Origin: Sanchytrium tribonematis
Taxonomy: Eukaryota
Length of the DNA stretch: 54,881 nt
Direction of reading: 5' to 3'
Assembly: GCA_018985235.1 (NCBI GenBank)
Contig: JADGIG010000010.1
Span: forward strand, 1 to 54,881
Part shown: positions 22,401 through 32,979 of the stretch, piece after piece
Layout of the letters: the number at the start of each line of letters is the position of its first letter
How positions within the stretch are numbered: position 1 is the stretch's first letter
Notes under the pieces: model-generated
The model's database searches: none
The model's input: only the letters and a program-made list of their open reading frames with translations
Told to the model about the DNA's origin: nothing
Translations under genes and position numbers: made by a program

Positions 22401-23603
22401 GCTGATATAAACTGAAATCGGTACAATATTTTGATACAAAATCAATGATGCTCCAAATGCAATACCCAAACTATAAAGTACATTTTCGTATACAAAACTT
22501 ACAATCTCTGGCTTGCTTCTGTCTTTGGGATAAATTCCCAATAAAGGATACTGGTCAACCGTCGAGTAGCCAATTGATGTGATAATGCACAATACCGCGA
22601 TCATTAAAAAATTGAATCCAACCAGTGGATTAAGCTGCTTGTCGATTTTTGAACGCTTTGATGGAGTTGGACGAGTGTTGAGCATGATCTTTGTTTCTGA
22701 CCCACAATATAAGACCAAGCCAATTACATATTCCGTATTTCGCAATATGCTACCGCGTAACAATACATGTTTAAAAGTAAGAGGCATTTTGTGGGGTGCG
22801 ACTGAAGTTCCTCCAATTGGAGATGTGGGATCCATACCAGCTGATATTGTTCCTGAAAATGCATATAGATTTGGATTAGGATCCTCATAATCAATTGAAA
22901 GCTGCTCTTTCTCCAACCATTTCTGAGTCAATTCGTGTGCACCCTCATTTTCTTTAAACTTAGTCGGTTTTCGACTCAAAGTATATAAGTGACTCATGCC
23001 AACTGCTTCATAAATTTTCAAGTTAGTTTCTCCATCCAGATTCTTTGTTTCCACGTATGCAATGCCACCTGGATCACTACTACCTAAAATTAAACAATCA
23101 GCTGGAATAGAGTTATCCTGGGAAATCAAAATAATTTTTCCAACAGAAATATCTTTCCATTGAACATTGTTTAATTTTTTGATGTCTTTTTTTGATAAAT
23201 GCCCCAGATCCTCTATATTTTGAATCACCCGACACCGTTGATGGTTCACAAATGTGTCCTGCTTGTACCTTTTGTAGTCCTCAAATCCATCTTTTATAGC
23301 TGTAGCTAGTAAAATCGAAAGCAAGGGTAATACACCAATATAAAGCCCGCTTCCTGTGACTCCAAATTGAGTGGAAGTAAATGGCAATATTACTAGTAAA
23401 AGGAAATAAATATTGGCTATTCTATGAAACTGTTCAAATAAATTTTTCGGTATAAAATTGGCTATGGTATATTTGGTGGTTCTAATTAAATTAGCATTTA
23501 AATTTGGATCGTTTGATCTTAATTTCAAAAATGATAATACCTGATCAACAGGATTATTTTTCGGTCTTTGAAATGTGATTCCAGTTGGATTTAAAAATCT
23601 CAT
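19410..23603 (-). CDS. P4-type phospholipid flippase ATPase (Dnf1/Drs2 family)
   Basis: Motifs TTKYT...PKNLFEQF, NLDGETNLK, SDKTGTLT, SPDE, LTGDK and GDGANDVSMIQ. Confidence 0.96.
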   Translation of the reverse strand: MRFLNPTGITFQRPKNNPVDQVLSFLKLRSNDPNLNANLIRTTKYTIANFIPKNLFEQFHRIANIYFLLLVILPFTSTQFGVTGSGLYIGVLPLLSILLATAIKDGFEDYKRYKQDTFVNHQRCRVIQNIEDLGHLSKKDIKKLNNVQWKDISVGKIILISQDNSIPADCLILGSSDPGGIAYVETKNLDGETNLKIYEAVGMSHLYTLSRKPTKFKENEGAHELTQKWLEKEQLSIDYEDPNPNLYAFSGTISAGMDPTSPIGGTSVAPHKMPLTFKHVLLRGSILRNTEYVIGLVLYCGSETKIMLNTRPTPSKRSKIDKQLNPLVGFNFLMIAVLCIITSIGYSTVDQYPLLGIYPKDRSKPEIVSFVYENVLYSLGIAFGASLILYQNIVPISVYISIEFVKIISAYFILKDVDLTRRGQKARAAHDGIPEQPAIADQPAVPKSWTIGDDLGQIQFIFSDKTGTLTQNVMEFRRCSINGVAYGLTEDVVKEKFPAKVENASVESLHQNTLVRQKVHKTMDLLGHEMMERLETLYSIKKNHSTETSLTIDSHPGRPRLGSSVTQATNVTTKLPQFVDLSIIDHLKDTELPEEVIEKGHPDKIRQFFCFLGLCHTVIVDKTNLPIQYKAQSPDEAALVTTARDMGFSFLGVQNDEAILDVYGEEQRVPILNIIEFSSARKRMTAIIEIDKKIYMITKGADSIIYERLAPGQEEMKSTTLNHLEIFANEGLRTLCMSYRELSPKQYNEFAQEMNEAATSFDMRDEKMEQVADKYERNLMLLGATAIEDKLQRGVPDCIATLARAGIKLWVLTGDKVETAINIGYSCNLITKNMNLIVIQATNIEEMRKCLLNLISSVRSTFSNSSVEDTDDVQMANIALVIDGHSLKLVFEDEDIKSKFADHGMMCKSVICCRVSPRQKADVVALIKNRRKILALAIGDGANDVSMIQEANIGVGIAGVEGMQAAMSSDFAISQFRFLKKLLLVHGRWTYMRVSGLIVNFFYKNCVWVFCLFYFQFFCGFSTIFLFDYFYLLIYNVFLTLCPVLLLGVFDLDVNKEYSYMYPQLYQDHYYFSWKRFLIYILDAAWASSVTFFGIYFITYAGDTTYYGAGDSTDYFGALVSIPIIVTANMSVGLDIRMWNTWVTIGLVASAFSLFIIIPIYTSLPYTVSGTAYGLGLLLYQQPSFYFMSLLTVFLAIMPRLVICSWNSIFNPKNADIVREIQLVQAEKDRFDSHKEEEIVVAPAPPAHLLTDLPIVSPVIPSPESVVSEISQASSTLSRQMSIKGHRNTRILNASSMKVESNTGFAFSQESGVLKYLSFTKASSLFKDPQKKILKMFENSPTVAEPMEDIPEEKEKGRSIPRLEVTSSSPGQHKEYLSPSSPDLKKKKDHGKDAFTK

Positions 23604-23887
23604 TTTTTACTAAAATAAATGTGTTTCAGCTGTCTTTGTTATATATTTAAAACTTCTTACAAGCATCGACCACTGATATTCTTTCAAAAGCTCTATTTCC
23701 ATCAAAAAAATTAGTCTGAACATAAATTAGATCCTCTGAAAGGAAATAATGAATGGTTACCATACTTATAATTCGGCAAGCTTAATCCCTAAGGCATCGA
23801 ACAACATTGATTAGTGGGTTGCAAGTCACCTATAACAGCATTTACTATTTCCGATTTCCCCTAGTCATCGACTTTCCTCCTTGCGAC

Positions 23888-25321
23888 ATGAGTCTACCCA
23901 AGAATCATCAAACGGCACAGACAGAAGATGTTTTAAATACTAAAGGTAACTCCTTTGAGGACTACTATCTGAAAAAAGAATTACTTCTGGGACTGCACGA
24001 GGCTGGATTTGAAAGACCTTCTCCTATTCAAGAAGAAAGTATACCTGTCATTTTATCTGGAAGAGACATTTTAGCTAGAGCTAAAAATGGAACGGGAAAG
24101 ACAGGGGCCTTTACAATTCCTACACTAGAGAAGCTTAATACGCAAAAAAAGAAAATACAAGCATTAATATTGGTACCTACCAGAGAACTTGCATTACAAA
24201 CTGCCCAAGTTTGCAAAACCCTTGGAAAGCATTTAAATCTCCAGGTTATGGTAACCACAGGAGGAACTTCTTTGAAGGATGATATAATCAGATTGCAAAA
24301 TACTGTTCACATTGTTGTTGCTACTCCAGGCCGAGTTCTGGATTTATCTAGCAAAGGAGTCTGTGTTTTAGATGAATGCGAAATGATGATTTTAGATGAA
24401 GCCGATAAATTGCTTTCGCCGCAAGATTTTCTACCTGTTATTGAGCAATTGCTTCAGTTTTTGCCAAAAGATAGACAAATTTTACTATTCAGTGCAACTT
24501 TTCCAGCAACTGTCAAGTCTTTCCGAGACAAATGGCTCACCCGGCCTTACGAGATCAATTTGATGGACGAACTAACATTAAAGGGTATTACACAATATTA
24601 TGCATTTGTTGAGGAAAAGCAAAAGGTTCATTGCTTGAATACCTTATTTTCCAAGTTGCAAATTAACCAGTCTATCATATTCTGCAACTCAACTAATAGG
24701 GTAGAATTGTTAGCTAAACGAATCACACAATTGGGCTATTCTTGTTATTACATTCATGCAAAAATGCAACAATCTCATAGAAATAGAGTCTTTCATGATT
24801 TTCGTGAAGGAAAATGTCGAAATCTTGTATGCTCCGATCTTTTGACTCGTGGTATTGACATTCAAGCTGTCAATGTTGTATTTAATTTTGATTTTCCAAG
24901 ATCTGCTGAAACATATTTACACCGTATTGGTAGGAGCGGCCGATTTGGTCATTTAGGATTGGCAATCAATCTTATCACACATGAAGATCGTGTCAATTTG
25001 TACAAGATTGAGCAGGAACTGGGAACTGAAATTTTACCAATTCCTTCTCAAATTGATAAACGATTGTATGTTGCTCCTGCATTAATCGACGATAAAGATG
25101 AGCAAGTATCTGTGGCTAGAAATGAAACAAAAGTGATTCAACAAGCTACACCACCAGGCTACCAAAATCAACAACCAATCACTGAGCCTAGACAACAACC
25201 TAGAAATGAGCGAAAGAAATACAATAATGAGGACGGAAATGAAGGAAGACGAAGTTATGGAGAGGGAAGTGCTAGAGGAGAAAGAAGGCATCGCGGGAGA
25301 GGCCGCGGACGCAAGTTCTAA
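23888..25321 (+). CDS. DHH1: DEAD-box RNA helicase Dhh1/DDX6
   Basis: Motifs [40 protein letters not shown] and [21 protein letters not shown] at 23888. Confidence 0.97.
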   Translation: MSLPKNHQTAQTEDVLNTKGNSFEDYYLKKELLLGLHEAGFERPSPIQEESIPVILSGRDILARAKNGTGKTGAFTIPTLEKLNTQKKKIQALILVPTRELALQTAQVCKTLGKHLNLQVMVTTGGTSLKDDIIRLQNTVHIVVATPGRVLDLSSKGVCVLDECEMMILDEADKLLSPQDFLPVIEQLLQFLPKDRQILLFSATFPATVKSFRDKWLTRPYEINLMDELTLKGITQYYAFVEEKQKVHCLNTLFSKLQINQSIIFCNSTNRVELLAKRITQLGYSCYYIHAKMQQSHRNRVFHDFREGKCRNLVCSDLLTRGIDIQAVNVVFNFDFPRSAETYLHRIGRSGRFGHLGLAINLITHEDRVNLYKIEQELGTEILPIPSQIDKRLYVAPALIDDKDEQVSVARNETKVIQQATPPGYQNQQPITEPRQQPRNERKKYNNEDGNEGRRSYGEGSARGERRHRGRGRGRKF

Positions 25322-25341
25322 ATTAAAAAAAAACACCAAAA

Positions 25342-25380
25342 GGTGGACTTCGTGTACTAAAAAAGTGCACGGGGTTCGCC
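25342..25380 (+). other. 17-bp RNA hairpin with 5 G-U pairs, 3' of DHH1
   Basis: GGTGGACTTCGTGTACT-AAAAA-AGTGCACGGGGTTCGCC pairs fully only when G-U pairs are allowed. Confidence 0.8.
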
Positions 25381-25509
25381 CCCTCCCTACTTATTTAATC
25401 TAACGTAACTCGCATTTCCAATTTTCATTTTTTATCCTTTTTCTTCATTTTTTTCACTTTCAAAACGCCCACAATAAAACGAGGGAAAGCGGGTGAAAGT
25501 AGGAGATTG

Positions 25510-26919
25510 ATGTTTGTCTTGATAGAAACTGCATCCGGTTACGCACTCATCAACGCCGACAAAGAAGCAACCAAAAAATCTCAGGTGTCTTTAAAAGCAT
25601 TTCACCCTTTTTCTACAACTCAATCTGCCTTGCAAGCTATGCTTCATTGCGTCGATAATTCAGTTGATCCAAATTTACAAAAGTTTTTGAAGCAGCACAT
25701 CAAAGACGCTGTCATGGTTGACAAACATTTGGCACCTCAACTAAAAGAAGTTAAAGTTGTTCATATGGAAACTCAAATAAGAAGATTTATTCAAAAACAT
25801 CTTGATGAACTTCTACAAGATAATAACGTTAAGGACATGCAACTTGGTCTTGCTCACGCAATGGCACGTTATAAACTGAAATTCAGTGCTGATAAATTAG
25901 ACACTATGATTATTCAAGCTATTGCTCTTCTTGATGATTTAGATAAGCAAGTTAATACATACGCAATGAGAGTCAAAGAATGGTACGGCTGGCATTTCCC
26001 AGAACTCGCCAAGATTGTGGTCGATAATGCAGCATATGCTAGGTTTGTTTTACTTTGTGGAATTCGAACAAATATCGTTCAAGTTCACGAGCAACTTAGT
26101 GAGATATTACCATTAGAAATAGAAGAGCAGGTTATCAAAGCTGCGCAAATGTCCATGGGAACTGAAATTAATGATAACGATGTAAAAGCAATTAAAAATT
26201 TGGCAACACAGGTGGTAGAACTCTCAGATTATCGAAATCAACTTCATAAATATCTATGCACAAGAATGCAAGCCATCGCACCAAATCTCACTGCAATTGT
26301 TGGCGAAATTGTTGGTGCAAGATTAATTTCACATGCTGGATCGTTGTTGAATTTGGCAAAGCAACCCGCATCTACAATTCAATTGCTTGGAGCAGAAAAA
26401 GCACTGTTCCGTGCTTTGAAAACTAAGAAATCAACACCCAAATATGGGCTTCTATTTCATGCATCATTAGTCGGCAGCGCTCAAGCCAAGAATAAAGGGA
26501 AAATTGCCAGACTTGTTGCAACCAAATGCGCATTAGGAGCCAGATTGGATGCGTTATGCGATGAAAGTGTAGATATTGGAGATGATTTACGTGGAGCAGT
26601 GGAAAACAGGCTGAATTCTCTCGAAGGAAAACCTGTCACCAAAATTATAAAAACTCAAGCACGTGCATTTGACACAGAGGGAATTATAGAACCAGCAAAA
26701 CCACAAAAACCTATTAAAGAAGTTGAACCAGAGGTAGTTGATATGCCTATTGATGAGCCTATTGTTGAACTTCCTCCTTCTTCTGGTGAAGCAGAAAAAA
26801 AGAAGAAAAAGAAGAAGAAGTCCCTAGCCGATGACGAAGAAAAATCGTCTAAAAAGAGAAAATCTACTGGTGAAGAAAAAGATAAGAAGAAAAAGAAGAA
26901 GAAATCTAAAGCTGAATAA
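25510..26919 (+). CDS. NOP58: Nucleolar protein Nop58
   Basis: Motifs LGLAHAMARYKLKFSADKLDTMIIQAI and EWYGWHFPEL; KKK-rich tail. Confidence 0.95.
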   Translation: MFVLIETASGYALINADKEATKKSQVSLKAFHPFSTTQSALQAMLHCVDNSVDPNLQKFLKQHIKDAVMVDKHLAPQLKEVKVVHMETQIRRFIQKHLDELLQDNNVKDMQLGLAHAMARYKLKFSADKLDTMIIQAIALLDDLDKQVNTYAMRVKEWYGWHFPELAKIVVDNAAYARFVLLCGIRTNIVQVHEQLSEILPLEIEEQVIKAAQMSMGTEINDNDVKAIKNLATQVVELSDYRNQLHKYLCTRMQAIAPNLTAIVGEIVGARLISHAGSLLNLAKQPASTIQLLGAEKALFRALKTKKSTPKYGLLFHASLVGSAQAKNKGKIARLVATKCALGARLDALCDESVDIGDDLRGAVENRLNSLEGKPVTKIIKTQARAFDTEGIIEPAKPQKPIKEVEPEVVDMPIDEPIVELPPSSGEAEKKKKKKKKSLADDEEKSSKKRKSTGEEKDKKKKKKKSKAE

Positions 26920-26949
26920 ATATTATAAACGAAATAGTTTTTGAAACAA

Positions 26950-27624
26950 ATGCAATATATTCGAGACTTGCGCGAACAACTTACTCCTCAATTAACAGAA
27001 TCTAAATTTAAGCAGAACGGTGTAATCACTCCGAATGAATTTGTTGCTGCCGGTGATTATCTAATACAAATAGCACCTAGTTGGCAATTTGTATCAAAAA
27101 ATGAACATGAACACTTTAAAGTCCGTGACTATCTACCAGACAACAAGCAATTTTTGATAACCAAAAATGTGTCTGCAAAGCCATATTATCAGGACATCAA
27201 GGAAGAATACGATGGGGAGGATTTATTAATAACGAAACCAGCAGAAGATACATTAGACGTCGAGGATCTTGATAATGTTGATTTGGATGTAGACTTGACT
27301 GACACTTTTGACGTTATGATTACTTATGACAAATATTACCAAACACCACGAGTTTGGTTAATCGGTTATGATAAAAATGGAACACCAATGACTCCAGATC
27401 AAATGATGGGATACATATCAAGCGAACATGCACAAAAAACTGCGACCATTGAACAACATCCACATTTACAGGTAACCTGCATCAGCATACATCCTTGTCA
27501 ACATGCCAGTGTTATGAAATTATTGTTTTCTGATGATATCACTGTGGAAAAATATATGGTTGTATTTTTAAAATTTATATCGACAATTATTCCCACGATA
27601 GAATATGATTACCTAGGTGTTTAA
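26950..27624 (+). CDS. ATG3: Autophagy E2-like enzyme Atg3
   Basis: Motifs ITPNEFVAAGDYL, ITYDKYYQTPR, SIHPCQHA and FLKFI..IIPTIEYD. Confidence 0.95.
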   Translation: MQYIRDLREQLTPQLTESKFKQNGVITPNEFVAAGDYLIQIAPSWQFVSKNEHEHFKVRDYLPDNKQFLITKNVSAKPYYQDIKEEYDGEDLLITKPAEDTLDVEDLDNVDLDVDLTDTFDVMITYDKYYQTPRVWLIGYDKNGTPMTPDQMMGYISSEHAQKTATIEQHPHLQVTCISIHPCQHASVMKLLFSDDITVEKYMVVFLKFISTIIPTIEYDYLGV

Positions 27625-27635
27625 TAAATTATTTA

Positions 27636-30600
27636 TTAATCAATGTGGTATTTCCTAAGCTTTTTCAATAAAGCTCGTTTTTCTTCCCTTTCAGATTCAA
27701 GTTCGACTTCCAGGTCTATCACTCGCCTATTTCTTTTAATTGCAATGGCTTTTAAGTAATATATCCAGACACCCATGCACAATATCGCCACTAGCAAGAC
27801 AATAGGGCTGATTACAAAAGAAAGAAACTTTCTAAAAGACTCGGTCTGTGAATTAGAATCATTGCTATTTGTCAGAAAGTCTTGAAGAATCAAAAACGAA
27901 CCACCTGGAGAGGTGGATTGCGTCTTATTATAGGTTGTTTGGATAGATTTCTTTACACCTAAAAACGCTTTTGCATTTAACAAAGTTTGATACAGCAACG
28001 GATCCTCATATCCAAACACATTATTATATTGCGATGTTTTGTTATTGACATCAGTGTTATCAGACCGTAAATCTCCTCTAACAGAAAGAAACATACCCTC
28101 AGTAGTGGGTCTAGGTGAAGAGCCACCAATAGAAACATTTGACGCTTTTGAGCAGCTACTTCCTGAATAGAGATCTAGTCCTCGATAAGACTCAGTGTTA
28201 TTATAAACACAAAGTCCGAATGAATCAGGTCTAGATGCGTTCCAATACAAGTAGTCGCAGGTTTTTATATCCTGTTCTGCTGGTATAAATCCTGGTCCAC
28301 AATATCCTGGTTTGGTCATAACAAATCCATAAATAAAAGGTCCAATAACGACAAAAAACGCAGCAATTAGTGAAACCAAGAAATACATTGTTTGTTTGTG
28401 TGCATTGTATATCCTCCTAGGAGGAGAACCCAATGATCTGAGAACAAGCGTTTTGACCCAAAAAATTACAAAGTACCCCACTATTGACAAGTAAATAACT
28501 GATGGCGCTAAAGCCGTGCCAATCCAGACTATTGACTGCCGATATGCGAGTTCCAAAATGTTCTTGTTCATTTCGAATTGATAACGTTTGAAAACAAACT
28601 TTTTAAAGAGTGCAATGCCTATCGTGGTAAAAGTGGTTATTAAAATTTCTAACCCCAATAATATAATCAGCGTTAAACCCAAGTCATATTCCCAGCAATT
28701 TTGATCTCTTAATAGAGTGTCCGATATATGGGAAGTATCCTGCGTACTATAGCTCTTATCTAAAGAGTAATTTGAATAAGTAGATTTGCATATATTGCCA
28801 GAATTTCCGGTAGATGTGATTAATACTACAAACAATCCCTAAATAAAAATAAATTACACCCATTTTAGCAAAAAAGGACAGAAAGATCGCAAAAGCTTGT
28901 TCTGTTACCGGATCAGCAAAAGTCATTATTTTAGCAATGATTTCAAACATACTAGGGAGAATTAAATTCAAGGTGGCTATTAGGAATGGAGTATCTTTTG
29001 AAGAATCAATTGAAGAACTATTTCCAGTTCCCCCTTTGAGGGCTTGTGTAAAAGTATTCCATTCAGGCCGTTTAGTAACCGAGGCCACAATTAACATGGC
29101 AGAAATCCCCAATAATAGGCAGGTAATCAAGACACCGCAAATTCTTCTTGCAAGAAAAAGCTTGTTTTTATATTCTTTCTTTTTCTCTTCTATCTCTTCT
29201 GCAGTAATTAAGGTACGAAAAACATTTGCTATAGCAAAGTATTGATTCAGAGATGCCTCCTTTCCTTTCGTTCCGAAATTCCAAGAAGTAAATGCAGCAG
29301 TTGAAAAGGGGCACTTTTCATCCGAAGAAATCCGATTATCTTTCAAGTACTCATCTCGTAACCGTCTCAACATTTGCACCATACTAAAGACCAAAAATAC
29401 TATAATCAATAATAAAAGCAGAGGAGCCGAAGCAGTGTAATTGTCGGCGTCAAAGTTGATATATGAAGGAAAAGTCGCATAGAAAGCTGCACCTGATAAT
29501 CCCTTTGGTGTTTGAGCTGCTGGGATAAAGGCGATGCTGTACAATATTGCTGTCATTAAATTAGTGAGGACCAGCCATCTTAATAGTCGAAAAAAGCTCC
29601 CAACTCCTGTTCCGAATTTACCCTCCAAAGTTCTGATTGTGCCTTCCCATAAACTAAATGATTTTTTAAAATTTTCAATTGCAAATAAAGCATTTTTTTG
29701 AAATCTGTTAAATTTAATGGCAGCCCAACCCATATCTGCTCTTTCATTTTCAATTTTGATGGCTCTAGTCTTTTGTTCTTTAACAAGTCCAACAAAAGGT
29801 ACACCCTCGTGAGAGCGTACACTTCTCAACTTGTCAGATAATTTTTGGGAATCAGACGTTGCATCTTTTCTAAAGGACTTAATCACTTCAGGTTTTTTAG
29901 CAGGCCTTGGTTTTAATTCATAATTTTTGGCATTAAATTTCCCTTCTGCATTGTTGTCTCCCTCACTAGATTCATCTGAATTCGACTCTATCTCAATTTT
30001 TGCGTCTTGCGTTTCTTCCTTTTCCTCAACTTTTTCTATAATTTCCGCTCCTTGGCGAATTTCTGTGTTTCTGGACTTCGATTGGGACATCGATATTAAA
30101 TTAGATCTATCACCTTGGTCAACCTTTTTGATGGCTCTTCGACCTTGTGTTGGAGCAATATTGGATGCAGCTGGCTTTGAGTTTCTTGATTTTATTTCTG
30201 GAAATTCTAGTGCTACAGAAGTTCTGACAAAGCTTTCATCTGTTTCGTCGTCCAGCTTATCTACCTTCGGAGGTGGCTCAAAATTTAATGGTTCTTCAGG
30301 CTTCAAGTCAATAACAGACAAGTTTGTAATGGACAAGTCATCGAAACTCTTCTTATTTTTAACTAGTTCAATAGACTCCAGCGTGAAATCAGCATTCGTA
30401 CTGCCTTCAAAATTTATCCTCAACGGAGAACCATCTCTTTTTAATGTATCGCTATCTACTTTATCACCGTTGCTCATGTCTAAGCTCGAATTTATGCTTT
30501 GATCGGCATCGGGAATTCTAGGACCCCGGGTAACTTTTCGTACAGAATTTTTCTTATTTTCCATGCTTTCATTAATGGAAGTAGGAGATTTAGGTTCTTC

Positions 30601-30744
30601 TTGTTCAGAACTTTTAACAACTCGTTTAACCTTTTTTAAGGTGGAGGGGTCTCCAGAATTAGTTTCAACCTGGATAATTGATGGCTTCTTTCTAAATGCT
30701 GATTTATCCGCAGTGTTTTCCGTCAAACCTTCTTTATTTTCCAT
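27636..30744 (-). CDS. Transmembrane channel-like (TMC) protein; 2 exons (30744-28858, 28838-27636)
   Basis: Motifs LWEGTIRTLEGKFGTGVGSFFRLLRWL, FTSWNF, CWE, FEM.KNILELAYRQSIVWIG...P and CGP are characteristic of the TMC family. Confidence 0.85.
28839..28857 (-). other. 19-nt intron GTAATTTATTTTTATTTAG
   Basis: Joins the two TMC ORFs in frame (KMG|GLFVVLIT). Confidence 0.92.
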
Positions 30745-30927
30745 TTAATCTACAAAATTGTTTCAAGCGTCGTCTTCGACATAACAAAGTTACTATATCT
30801 AATTGTTAGAAGCTTTCATCTATTTATTGAATTCCTGCTCCTTCTCAAGGCTCTTCTTTCTGAATGAAGATCAAGTGACAAAGTTGAAAAATAATAATTT
30901 GAAACTTTGAGGCTTGATTCATTTCAA

Positions 30928-31516
30928 ATGAGTAGTGAATCTTTTGAAATTGTCACTGTTGGTTCTGGAGGTGTAGGAAAGTCGTGTTTGACTGTCCGTT
31001 TTTTGAAGGATGAATTTTTTGGTGAGTACGATCCAACTGTGGAAGAAAATTATAGAAAAACAGTTGTTGTTGATGGACAAAGTTGTGATCTAAGTATTGT
31101 TGACACTGCAGGTCAGCATGAATACTCTGCTTTGAGAGACCAGCATTTGTCCTCTGGAGACGGGTTTTTGCTTGTTTTCGCTTTGAATGATAAAGCTACA
31201 TTTGAGGAATTAAAGCAGCTTAGACAGCGTATTCTACAAGCTAAAGATAAAAAGAAGCTTCCTTTCGTTATTTGTGGAAACAAATGCGATCTTCCAAAAG
31301 AGCAATTGATGGTAAGGGAAGAAATTCAAACATGGTGTCAATCATTGAAAATGCCATATTTCGATACATCCGCGAAGGTATTTTATTTTCATTTAGGCAA
31401 ACATAAACGTCACTGAAGCATTCCAAGAAGTTGTCCGCCAATGTCGAAAAGACAAGGTACAAGTTACTGCAAAAAAAGAAAAGGAAAAGGGCGGTGGATG
31501 TTGTGTTATAGCCTAA
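30928..31516 (+). CDS. Ras-family small GTPase; 2 exons (to 31377, from 31397)
   Basis: Motifs GSGGVGKS, YDPTVEE, DTAGQ, NKCD and TSAK; the spliced end reads ANINVTEAF...GGGCCVIA* (CaaX). Confidence 0.95.
31378..31396 (+). other. 19-nt intron GTATTTTATTTTCATTTAG
   Basis: Restores helix 5 and the CaaX box. Confidence 0.95.
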
Positions 31517-31657
31517 TCACTATTTAATAAAAAACTTTATGTAATTGTCATTTCTTATAATTTTTTCATAATTCTAGCCGTAAATTCAACACAATTTATC
31601 ATCATGAAGTGGATGAGGAGTTTGACTGAAACAGTATTCGAATCTTCTTAAATTAAA

Positions 31658-32924
31658 ATGGGACAGACATTGAGTGAACCGAAGTTAGAAAGAAGTTTAG
31701 AGATCTTGCAAGACGGAAAATTAACCACAAAGTCAGGAAGCGACGCAAAATCAATAAAACAGTCAAACATGACTGCCGTGGCATGTTCGGTTCAAGGTTG
31801 GAGAATTACCATGGAAGATGCCCATATCATGTTTACCGATGAGGAATTCTATTCTTTTGGGGTATTTGACGGTCATGGTGGTGACAGTACTGCAATTAAA
31901 GTTAATGAAAAATTTCCTGATATTTTGAGAACATTATTTAAAGAACACGCAAAAGTCAACAAAGATCCAAAAAGTATTGAGAAGTGGTTAGTCAATTCAT
32001 TTTTAGACATGGACAAATATCTGTTTAATTCAAATGATCAAAGTGGTTCAACTGCCGTTTCATGCCAAATCCAATATCCACATGTTTATACAGCAAATGC
32101 TGGGGATAGCAGAGCGATTTTATGTAGGAACGGAGATGCGTTCGGTCTTTCTTATGATCATAAACCCACTTTGGAGTCTGAATTGAAAAGAATATATGAA
32201 AAGGGTGGATTTGTTGAGTTTGGAAGGGTGAACGGCAACCTTGCTCTTTCTCGCGCATTTGGAGATTTTGAATATAAACAAGCATATCACCAAGGCAAAG
32301 GAGCTTTGGAATGTATCGTAACATGTATGCCGGATATTTCACACGTAGAATTAACAACTGAAGATGAATTTATAGTCATTGCTTGCGATGGGATCTGGGA
32401 TTGTCTAAGTAATCAAGAGTGTGCAAATATTGTAAGAGAACAAATTGCCACAATTTCGATAGATTATAACAAAGAAACTGATCCGGCTTATCAACCTTTA
32501 CCTTTTAAACGGAGTCCTGAAAACAAAGGTGAATTCGATTGGCTAGAATTGGTTGCTGAACGTGTCATGGACAAATGCATAGCACCAAAAGCTGAATTTG
32601 GTGGAGTTGGTTGTGACAACATGACTCTCCTGATTATTGCGTTATGTCATGGCAAAACTCTAGTAGAATGGAAACAAGATATTGAAAAAAAGTGGAGGAA
32701 CTCGAAAACTAGTCCCCCTTCGCCCACAGCATCCCCAACAAAACAATCTCCTGTCCATTGGATATTAGGTGCCCCTCACGCCCCAGAGCCTCAGTCGGCT
32801 TCAGCGCAACCTCAAAAACCTATTGAAGGTATTTTTTATTAATATAGAAGATAATGATAGCGAAGAAACAGCTTCAGACACACCACACCTTACTCCATCA
32901 CAAACACCTAACATGGATAGCTAA
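31658..32924 (+). CDS. Protein phosphatase 2C (Ptc2/3-like); probable 2 exons (to 32828, from 32848)
   Basis: Motifs MGQTLSEP, QGWRITMEDAH, FDGHGG, RVNGNLALSRAFGD, ACDGIWD and GVGCDNMT. Confidence 0.95.
32829..32847 (+). other. 19-nt intron GTATTTTTTATTAATATAG
   Basis: Matches the consensus and extends the low-complexity tail to TAA at 32924, with AATAAA just after. No conserved motif confirms it. Confidence 0.8.
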
Positions 32925-32979
32925 AAGTGAAAGAATAAAAGCACATTCATAATTAAAATATTTATTCAATGTCGGATAC

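Noticed and set aside
29927..30502. 191-aa Ser-rich + strand ORF and similar short antisense ORFs in the track
   Set aside because: They lie opposite well-supported genes and have no independent motifs.
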